IMG/VR virus record: IMGVR_UViG_3300031339_000004
Location: 1-64,000 of that record
Reading direction: 5' to 3' (one strand)
Length of the DNA: 64,000 nucleotides
DNA from: a virus
Shown here: piece after piece, positions 37,739 through 49,700 of the stretch
Layout of the letters: each line of letters begins with the position of its first letter
Position numbering within the stretch: the stretch's first letter is position 1
Position numbers and translations under genes: made by a program
Notes under the pieces: model-generated
Told to the model about the DNA's origin: nothing
Seen by the model: only the letters and a program-made list of their open reading frames with translations
Database searches by the model: none

Positions 37739-40700
37739 ATGGCTTCTAACGATAGTCAAAACGAAAGCCCACTTCCGACGCCGGGTAATAACAAGCGTAC
37801 AGCAGCAGATCTTCTACCTAGATTCTTTAGGACAGAAGCTAACAAAAAATTTCTGCAAGGCACAATTGATCAGCTAATTCAGCCTGGAGTAGCTGAAAAG
37901 CTTAACGGGTTTCTTGGCCGTAAGACTGCCAAGGCCTATAAGAGTACTGACAATTACATCAGTGATGTAAGTGTTGATAGAGGTAATTATCAACTAGAAC
38001 CAGTAGCTGTTATTAAGGATAATCTAGATAACGTCACTTTTTATAAAGATTATAACGATTACCTTGGCTCGCTAAGATATTTTGGGGCAAACACAGATAA
38101 CGCAAGTCGTTTAAATTCACAAGACACTTACGCTTGGGCTCCTCATATTGATTACGATAAGTTTGTTAACTTTCGTGAGTACTATTGGCTACCTAATGGA
38201 CCTTTATCTATTCAAGTATCAGGCGAGCAGCGCGACGTTGTAAGCACCTACTCAGTTACAACTGTAAACGACGGTGACAATGTTGCCTATGTGTTTAATG
38301 ACACTGCAACAAGAAATCCAACTCTAAAACTTTATAGAGGTCAGACCTACAGATTTGAAATTGATACTCCTGGATATCCACTAGCATTTTCTGTTAACAG
38401 AATATTTGATGATTCGGTAAATGTATCTACTTTCTTTCCAGACGGCGTGCGTAAATTAGACGACAGCGGACAAGAAGTATCTACTGCGTATATCGAGAAA
38501 GGTACAATTGAATTTACAGTACCATATAATGCAGCAGAACGAGTCTTCTATCTAAGTAAAAATAGTATCGACACTAGCGGACTTTTCCGAATTTACGACA
38601 TAGAAAGCAATACCTTTCTTGATGTTGCTGACGATATACTAGGCAAGAAAACGTATCAAACAGCAACCGGGCTAGCCCTAAGTAACGGTATGAAGCTAAC
38701 TTTTGTTGGAAACATAACTCCGGCAAACTACGCTGACTCAGCATGGTACGTTGAGGGAGTGGGCACCAATATAAAATTAATTAACGAAGCTGACTTAGTT
38801 ATACCTGCGGCCTACTCTACTAACAAGTTAATTCCCTACGACTCTGATCAGTTTGACAGGTTTCCGTTCGCTAATGCTAGTTCGTATGCTAAATCAAAAG
38901 ACTACATATTAAGCAACAGAGCAAGTAAAGACCGTAATGCGTGGTCACGATATAACAGATGGTTCCATAAAGCTGTTATTACTGCCGGCTTTGAGCAAGC
39001 CGACCTTCCCGTAAATATCGATGAAGAAACTAGAGCAAAACGTCCTATTATTGAATTTGAAGCAGGACTAAAGCTGTATTCTTTTGGAACAGAAGCTAAA
39101 GCTGACGTTACGCTGATTGACGATTTCACAAAAGATGTGTTTTCTACTATTGAAGGCCAGCTGGGATACAACGTAGATAATGTTGATCTAACAGAGGGCA
39201 TGCGAGTATTATTTACAGCAGATACTGACATTCTTGTAAATGGTAAGATTTATGAAGTTAATTTTATTAATGTTAGTAACCAACGACAAATTAGTTTAGT
39301 CGAGGTAGAGGACAGTGAACCTAAGGAAAATGAAACTGTACTAGTAACACAAGGCAAAGTAAATGCCGGCGTAAGTTTTTATTACGACAACACGTGGAAG
39401 CAAGGCCAACTAAAAGAAACGTTAAACCAAGCGCCACTTTTTGATTTGTGTGATTGTCAGTTTGGCAATAATTTAGAAAGTCAAGAGTTTTATGACAGTT
39501 CTACATTTAACGGAACTAAACTTTTTAGTTATAGGCAAGGATTGGGATCTAATGATTTAGAGCTAGGCTTTCCTTTAACATACAGAAATATTGAAAACTC
39601 AGGTGACATACTATTTGACTTTAATCTTCTTAGTGATAAATTTACATATCAGATAGATGAAGAAGTAACTGAAGTAACTACTGACAGTGCTCTGCTAAGA
39701 AAGTATTCAGCAAGAACCAGCTTCGAATGGCTTAACGGATGGTCCAAGACTCCGGTTAAATCCAAGCAGTATGTGATTAGACAATATGAAGTTACTAATA
39801 TCGAAAACAACAACTTTCGTATTGATGTATACAAGGATTCTGGATTACTGAATGATTTAACAACCATTGTGTACGTAAACAACAAATTACAGCTTATTAA
39901 CGTTGACTACGAAATTAACAGAATTAATAAAGTAGCAATAGTGCAATTTGATAAGAACCTACTAAACGGTGATATTGTACAAATAAAAACAGACTCAAAA
40001 ACTGTTAAGAATAATAATGGCTATTATGAGTTTCCACATAACCTAGAAAGAAATCCGTTAAACCAGGATATCAAAGACTTCACGCTAGGTGAAGTTATAG
40101 CTCATGTTGATTCGTTGATTGAAGAAGTTCCTAGTTTTGCAGGTGCGTTTCCTGGTCCTGGAAACCTAAGAGACTTAGGAGACGTTGCTAGATTTGGAAA
40201 GAAATTTGTAAAGCATTCAGGATCGATTAACTTTCCATTATATCACACGACTAGCAAGGAATACAACATTGTTAAGGCGTTGCGATACAGTCGCGACGAG
40301 TATGCAAAGTTCAAAAGAATATTCTTAGAAACAGCAACTACTCTAGGGTTCGACGGCAACACTCTAATGCACGTTGACAAGATACTAGAGCGTGTCAACA
40401 AAGATAAGATCAAGACTCAGCCGTTTTACTTCTCGGATATGATAGCTTACGGCCCTAACAATGTTATAGAATATCAAGTGTTAGATTCAAGAACAGAACT
40501 ATACGCATTAAATAATGCATTTAATCTTTCAACTCTTTCTGCAAGAAGTGTGCTGGTTTACTTAAACGGCAAGCAATTAATTGTAGGATCGCATTATACA
40601 TTTAATCCTCAAGGATTTGTTGTTGTTACTGCTGGGCAGCAGGAAGGAGATATTCTTGAGCTGATCGAATATGAAGTTACAGACGGATCATTTATTGCAC

Positions 40701-43700
40701 CAACACCCAGCAAGCTAGGACTTTACCCTAAGTTTTCACCAGAGCTAACAATCGATGACACATATCAAACATCAGCGCCGGTTAATCCTGGCCCGTATAA
40801 GGTCTACGGCGAGCAAGATATTGTCAGTACAAATGACGTTCGCGGCTGGTTTTACCCTGTGTATACTACTAAGAGCGCAGCAAAGGCAGCAGATCAAGTC
40901 GCAGGGGGTTCGGGTCAAATATCAACAGTTAGATTTAAAGGTCTGACCGAATCACTTTACATAGCAAACAGTGCGACTAATATTTTAGGAGGACAAGACA
41001 ACGTTGAGATAGACACATACCCAGTGGGCATTCCTTTTATTAGAGGACACGACGGAAGCTATGTTCGAGCCTACTTAGATTTTAGAGACGAGTTGTTGCT
41101 TGACCTCGAAAAACGCATTTTTAATAATATTAAAGTACAGTGGACTGAAGACGTAATTGATATAGACGGATTCTTCGGTGGCGATTTTAGACCGTCGGAG
41201 TTTAGCTCAGCAGAAATTAATAAAAGTTTGTCACCTGAGTTTACTCATTGGCTTAAATTAGTAGACAACGACTACACTGATAATTTCTTCTATGATAGAA
41301 CTAATGAGTTTACCTACAACTATTCTAATGCAAATAATCTAGCAGATGAAGACCTACCAGGATTTTGGCGAGCTGTTTATAAGCAGGCATTTGACACCGA
41401 CAGACCGCATAGTCATCCTTGGGAAATGTTAGGATTTAGAATTAAGCCGTTGTGGTGGAACGAATCTTACGGTTCAGCACCTTACACAGGTGATAACCTC
41501 AACATGTGGCGCGACCTTGAACAGGGTATTGTACGCGAACCTGGCAAGGAAATTATATTTCTTACCAAATATGCAAGACCTGGTTTGGTAAATTTTATTC
41601 CGTCAGACCAAAAAGGAAAGTTAAAATCACCACTAGCGTCTAGCTATGTTAAGAACTTTATTTTAAGATTAAGCACGCAGAGTTTTAAGTTTGGCGACCA
41701 ATCTCCTGTCGAAACCGCGTGGAGAAGAAGTCCACAATATCCATTCTCTGTAGTAACTGCCATGCTGTTAAACCAACCTTCTAAAGTATTTGGGGCCGGG
41801 TACGATGTTAGCAGAATTAAAACTAACCTGGTAGGACAGCGTGTTTATACAGAAACCAACAAGTTTATGTCTAACACGGGTGTAGTATTCCCAAATACTT
41901 CTCAGGATAGTAGCAGAGTATTAACTAGCGGCTTTGTAAATTACATTTATAATTTAGTAGCAGGTGATATACTTTCTGTATATTCCGATTATCAATTACA
42001 GTTTTTAGAATTAAGAAATCAGCTAGGATTTAAACTAGCAGGCTTTAGTGATAAGTCTAAAATTAACCTAGTGTTGGAAAGTACAACTCCGCGAATAGAC
42101 GCACAAGCTGGAGTATTTGTTCCTCAGGAGAACTACGAAGTAGTCTTCAATACCAGCTCACCTGTTGATTTTGTAGTATATAGTGGCGTTGCTATTGAAA
42201 AAACAGCAGGCGGATTCTTGCTACGAGGGTACAATAACGATGTACCTTTCTTAGACTACTATCCTCCTAAGTTAGGCACTTCGGGCGTAGACATTACTAT
42301 AGGTGGAATATCAGAAATTCCGTCTAATTGGGTAGCTGACACTCAATTTTACGAAGGCCAAGTAATAGAGCACAACAACGCTTATTATAGAGCTACTGTA
42401 AGATTTCGGTCACAAGAAGTGTTTTCTACAGATAATTTAGCCAAGTTACCTAAGCTTCCTGTGACCGGCGGTAAGTCAGCAAACTTCAAAAAGAACTTCG
42501 ACGACAGAACTGTTTTATCTCTACAATACGGCGAAAGATTAGACTCGTCACAAGAAGTAATAGATTTCTTGCTAGGATACGGAAAAAGACTAGAAGATCT
42601 AGGATTTGATTTCAACTATACCGAAGCCGAGATTGTTAATAACTGGAGCCAAGCAGCAAAAGAATTCTTGTTTTGGTCTACACAGGGTTGGGCAGCAGGA
42701 ACAGCTATTACAATTTCACCGGCTGCTAACAAGGTAGAGTTCAAAAGAGAATTCGCAGTAGTAGACAATATTTTTGATAACTTTTACTCATACAGCTTAT
42801 TAAAAGCAGATGGTCTTGCTTTATTAAGCGAATATAGCAGCTTGTTACGAGACCAAAGTAGTTTCGGAATACAAACAGTAAACACTGATGACGGTTTGTA
42901 TTCAGTAGCACTTGCGTTAGTACAAAAAGAACACGTAGTAGTAATAGACAATCGAACAATATTTAATGATATAATCTATGAACCGGCTACTGGTTATAGA
43001 AGAGATCGTATTAAGATAGTAGGCTACCGTTCAGATGATTGGAACGGTGGGCTAAACATTCCTGGTTTTGTTTACGATGGCGCAGTTATGTTAGAATGGG
43101 CTAGTTGGAAAGATTTTCAAATTGGTAGCTTGGTTAAGTACAAGCAATTCTATTACGTAGCTATTGAAAACGTACCGGGTTCAAAAGAATTTAATACTAG
43201 CCTTTGGTATAGATTAAGTAAGAAGCCAGAAGCAGAACTAATCACTAACTTTGATTATAGAATTAATCAGTTTACTGACTTTTATGATCTTGATACAGAC
43301 GGATTTGATGCCGAGCTACAAAGAATGGCACAACATCTAACTGGCTATCAAAAGAGACAGTACCTAGCAAACATCATTACTGATGACGTTTCTCAGTACA
43401 AGTTTTATCAAGGCATGATTCAGGACAAAGGTACTAAAAATGCATTGTCTAAAATGTTCGAAAAACTAGGTGCAGCAGGCAAAGAAAGCTTAGAGTTCTT
43501 TGAAGAATGGGCCATACAAGTTGGTAGATATGGTGCGATTGATAACACAAGTCAAATTGAGATCAATTTGAAACAAGACCAAATACGGATTTCTCCGCAG
43601 CCTATTGAATTAACAGATGACATTCCTCTAAGTAATTTGGAAAAAGTCTACAGAATAAAATCTTTTGAGCTGTATGATAAGCCTGCTAACTATACTGGAG

Positions 43701-46700
43701 CACCGTTCTTTACCAAGCCGTTAGTTAACGAGTATGTGAGAACTGCTGGCTACGTAGACGAAAACGACGTAACCTTTATTGCTGGCTCTACAGAAGATCT
43801 TAGAAATGGCAATGTAGATGACGTTGCACTAGGTGAATACATCTGGATTACCGAAATACTTGACCGACCATGGGATGTTTATCAGCACGTAACAACTGGG
43901 ATAAAGGTTAGTAAATTACTTGATAATAAGGAAACTAACAAGTTTGGTGACTCCTTACGAGAGTTGACGTTGGATCGATACACAACTAATCGCATTTTAG
44001 TTGGCGATATTATAGGAGTAAGAGACACTCGAACATTAGGAGTTAATGGATTCTACGAAGTTGATAGTATTGACCTGATTAAGTTAAACGTTATTAACAT
44101 TCGTGTACCGACCGATGCAGCATTTGAAACATTTGCTGATGAAAATTTTCAGTTAACCTTGCTGCGTTCAGTTAGACTAAACAATCTTTTAGAACTACAG
44201 GATGTTGTACAAGATACACTATACCAAGACCAAACAGCATGGATTGATAATTACAATGGCGATTGGGCTGTTCTAAATAACTCCAGCGTATATACTAACG
44301 AGCAGGCACTTACTAATCCTGTTCAAGAAGAAGGTATTGAACACAAATACGGTAACGAGGTATTGGTTACTGCTGATAACAACAACGTGTTTGTAACGGC
44401 TCCAGAAGTAGAAAACGGAAAAGTATACTACTATAGACGGTCGTCAGAAAGTTTTAATGTGCAACTAGATCAGGAAATAAGCTTTGCCCAGCAAGGACTA
44501 ATGACCTCCTTTGCTAACGGGTTTGCGTCTTCAGTAAGTGTGTCGCCAGACGGTGAATATTTAATCGCCGGATTACCTCAGGCATCTGGCGTTAAAACTA
44601 GGTTTCAAGGGCTGTTTGACCCAGACGCTACTTACACAAAAAATCAAATTGTTAAGTTTAGAGAAAGCTTGTGGAGAGCCAACAGAACAATTTTTCCTCA
44701 AATTTCCACTCAGCCGTTCTCGACCTTTAGCTCGTACAACAACATTATAGGCTCGTTTGATGATAATGACCAACTTGCTGCACTGATAATAGCAGGCGAT
44801 TCGCAACTGGCAAATAATGTTACTAATCACATATTAGTACGTGCGCCTAAAGAAATGTACCAAGGAACAACAGTTGGCGATAAAGTTAACTTGTTCTGGA
44901 ATGCTCGCAGTTACTCTTATCCTACACTGGATTTTTACGAGCCATTTGACGGACTTATACCGGAAATCTCTTCTAGCTTTTTGAACCAAGAGCATATTAT
45001 TAAGGAAAAGATAGACCATGTCTTTTATGTTGAGTTATATACTGCACTGCCGTCAGTAAACGACAGAGTAACTACTGACACCGGCCAAGCAACTGTTTAT
45101 TATGTTAGCACCAGTAGAGACGGAGTCATCATTTACCTAAAAGAATCAAACGGTACATTTGAAACATCTGGCCAGCTGTTTATAGACAATCAGGATTTAA
45201 TTGGCGTTTACACTGAAGAAGATACAGTTAGTACTAATGATGCAGTAACAGGATTTTGGTATATTGAAACCCCTACTGATTATTCTAATAATGGTGTTTA
45301 TTATGATGCAGGTAAGGGATTAGTTTATGCCGATGTCAGGATAGAGAACGAGACGCGTGAGGTCAACGATTACTACAATATACAGCTAACAGCAGGCGTT
45401 ATAGGCAATGATTTTGATGATCGAAATCAAGCTAGTTTTGTTGCTCAACTATCCTTTACTGGTGATTTAACTTCGGCTGATGGGCAGGTTGGCCCCGAAG
45501 TCAGTGTACCCAGCAGTCAATGGTTAGTTAGGACAGGTAAAGTATTCAGTGATACGCTAGTATCCGGTGATCAACTTCAACTTAGCCTATTCGAATCTAA
45601 CGAGCGAATTATTAACTTTGCTCCTAGCGGGCTAACTGGAGGCTATTCAACATTCAACAAATTACAAACAATAGTAGACATGTGGGATGGTTATATTGAC
45701 TTTAATTTTACTAGGTTTGACGCACAGGGATTTGTGTTTCAACCTCAAATAGGCGATGTTTTAGAAGATTTACAGATGCCGCGTAATGGCCAAGGTGGAC
45801 TTGCAATTACCGGAATAACCACTAGCAGTGCCGAAGTTACATGGGTACAACGAAACTTTAACCAAGTCAGAGTCTATGTAAAAAACATAACCGGAACATG
45901 GGACCAGCTAAACAACATAGGCCGTTACAATGTTAAAAGAAACCGCAACACTGCTATAAGAGGTCAAGCAGATGTTGATCGAATTATTGGTGTCGTTGAA
46001 GATTCCGATAATGATATCTGTGTAGGTAATGACCTAATAGGTAAGTTAATAGTATTTGAAGCAGACGAAATTTTTGCAGATAGCAGAAAGTGGAATGAAA
46101 TTATTCCAATAACTGGCGAAGAATATTGGTTCTATACAGAAAATATAGCACAGGGAGCGGGCCGAGTACCTAATCCGCCCTTCAGTCTAAACAAGGATTA
46201 CGTTCAAATATACCATATAGAAGCAGACAACTTCGGAACAGCTGGACCAGTAAACGAAGGTGCTGTAGCAATATACCGAAGACTAACTGGCGGCACCTAC
46301 AGCTATCAGCGTACTATTGTGTCAGAATACGGAATGGAAGATAGGCAGTTTGGCAGAGATGTAGAAATTAGGCAAGTAGGCAACTATTATACTTTGTTTG
46401 TATCTAGTATAGGCAATGGTGCCCAACAAGAGTTAGTAGGCGGCATTGAAATCTTTAGGCATGGCGCACTGGCGGGCGAAAACTTCAAGGGAAATTATGC
46501 ACCGGGCACTTACATAAAAGGAGATATAGTTACCTTCGAAGACGATTACTATGTTGCTAATAAAGATCAAACCGAAGTAGAAAGTAGGATTAAAGATTCA
46601 ATATTTTGGGCTAACATCAGTTGGAAGCAAGGAAAAGATTCAAACTACAGAGGAGAATGGAATAACAGCTATGGTTATGCAGAGGGTTCTATTGTTTTTT

Positions 46701-49700
46701 ATAATGATAAATTCTATAGCGCTGTTACTAACATATCAACCGGTGCTGGTTTTGTCACAACAGACTGGAAGCAACTATCCAACCTAATAGACTATGTGGG
46801 ATTTTTGCCAAACGTTACCGGATTTACAGCATACAACGAGGAAGTGTTTGAATCCAGTAATACTCCGAATGTGTTAGTAGACTTCAGTAAGGCATATGAT
46901 ATTAGTTCAAACGGCCAGGTAATTGTAACTACCGCTACTATTACAGGTTCTGATAGCACGGTTAACGACACTCGAGTATTAATTTATAGAGAAACAGACA
47001 ATAAATTTTTGTTATCTCAAATAATAAATGCTCCGGAATTGCAAAACTCAACTAACTGGGCATACAAAATTAGCATGCGACCAGACGGTATGTCTTTTGC
47101 TATCAGTGCTTCTCTTGATGATTCTGCAAAAGTAAATCAAGGGCAAGTATACATCTATATGCAAGTTGACAGTGAGTTTGTATTGACCCAAACACTGCTT
47201 CCGCCTAATAACGAAGAAGGCGAGCAGTTTGGGTACGATATGAGTTACGGTCAAGATAATTTGGTAATATCGAGTCTGAACGGGGATCAAAAGATTCCGA
47301 CAACGTTCGACTTAGTGACCAACAATGAGACTATAATTGACAATAGATTCACTAGGTTTAACGAAACTATACTGGATTCAGGTGTTGTATACATATTTGA
47401 AACACTAAACGATCAACTTGTCTTTAGCGAAAGATTTAGGTATGACAGTGCAACTAGCCAATTTGGTGAAACTTTATTATCAAACGGTAATCACGTCTAC
47501 GTAGGAATTCCTTCGCTGGTTACAACTACGGGCCAAGGTGTAGTTGTTGATTACAGAAAGCCGAAAGGCAAGTTTGCATGGAACGTATTAAGAGAAAGTA
47601 TTGTTCCAGTAGATATTTCGAAGATTCAGGGTGTGTTTGTCTATAACAAACGTACTAACGAAATTATCACTTACTTGGATTATATTGATCCAGTTCAGGG
47701 CAAGATTGCAGGTATTGCCGAGCAGGACATTACCTACAAGATAGGTACAGACCCAGCAGCGTATAACGTAGGAATCCTAAGTGACAACACAGTTGACGTT
47801 GACATATTCTGGGCGGAAAAGCAAGTAGGACAAGTTTGGTGGAATATTAACACTGCTAGATTTGAATGGCCTTACCAAGGAAGCATATCGTACCAAAAGG
47901 AGGTATGGAACGTTCTTGCTCAAGGGGCCTCTATAGATGTTTATGAATGGGTTGAAACGCAGTATACTCCGTTGCGGTGGGATGCATTATCAGCAACAGA
48001 TGCGGGCTCCTCGTTAGGTATTACTGGGACTTCGTTATACGGCGATGAAAAATATAGCGCTAGGTTGACTTATGATGATATTAGTCAAACGTTTAGTACT
48101 GTCTATTACTTCTGGGTGCAGAACAAGCGTGACGTACCTGTTAACCGCACACTAAGTGTATTTGATATTACTAATTTAATTAGATCACCTAGAGAGCAGG
48201 GTTATAGATTTGTTAGCTTCTTAAGTGATTCAAGAATGGTGTTGAACAACTTTGAAAATATTGTTACATCAGATGACGTGGTACTTAACATTAGATATGA
48301 TACGCGAGAAACTAAGATACAGAATACACATTTACAATACCTGTTGATGTCGGACGGATCAGGAGTAAGTAAGCCTACTGCAGATATCGAACGCAAGTGG
48401 TTCGATAGCTTAATTGGGTTTGATGAAAACAACAGACCAGTGCCAAACCCTGCTATTCCGATAGCAAAACGCACAGGTATTCAAAATCGACCACGACAGG
48501 GAATGTTTGTAAATAGGACTGAAGCATTAAAGCAGTTTATTGAGCGTGTAAACCTAGTACTATCCAAGAATCTTGTAGTAGATCAATATCAAACTTCGCG
48601 CTTGTTTAGTAAGGACGATGCACCTTCGATTGCTACTCGTAAATACGATATTGTTGTTGACACGACATTTGACCTAGACTTTTTAAGTATAAACAAAATT
48701 ACACCAGCACGACTAGAACCGGTGATCGTTAATGGTAAGATAATTCAAGTTAACATACTGTCTTCGGGAAGAGGGTATAAGATCGAACCTACAGTCGAAG
48801 TAGCAGGCGCCGGTAAGAACTTTGAAGTTAAGTTGTCTATAAACAATTTAGGTCAAGTTACAACTGCAATTGTTACAAATGAAGGCAGTGGCTACGGTGA
48901 TGCAACAGTGCTGCTGCCAAGACGCTACAGTGTGTTAGTAAATAATGACGATAATCTAAATGGCAAATGGGCAATATATTCGTGGAACGAAATTGAGAGA
49001 AACTGGTTTAGAACGCAGATTCAAGCGTTTGACGTGTCCAGGTTCTGGGACTACAGAGATTGGTATGCAGAAGGGTTTAATCAGTTTACTGACATTGATT
49101 TTGAGATCGAGGGCACTTACTTGCTAGGAGGCCTACGTGACACTATTGGCAATGTAGTAAAAGCTAAAAGTATAAGCAGCGGTGGCTGGTTACTGCTTAA
49201 AAAGATTGCCAACGAAGAAACTGAAGATTTTACGATTAATTACGATACTATCGGACGTCAAGCAGGAACTATAAGCTTTAATGAAAGCTTATATAATGTT
49301 GAGAAAAATGCAGTTGGCTTTGACAGCAGAAGTTACGACAGTTTCTTTTACGATAGTGTTATTGCAAAAGAACTAAGAATAATTTTTGAAGTTATACGTG
49401 ACGACCTATTCATTGCAGAGTTAGCAGTTGAATACAATCAGTTGTTCTTTGCTAGCCTTAGATACGTGCTATCTGAGCAGCCGGCAGTTGACTGGATGTT
49501 TAAGTCAGCGTTTATCAACGTTAAGCATAATGTAGGTAACCTTGATCAAAAAGTAAACTTTGAAAACGATAAGCTAGCTAGTTATCAAGCCTATGTAAAC
49601 GAAGTAAAACCTTATTCTTCTAAAGTACGAGAGTTTATAAGTTCCTACACTAGTATCGACGATACTCAAAGTGCTGTTACTGACTTTGATTTAGCGCCAC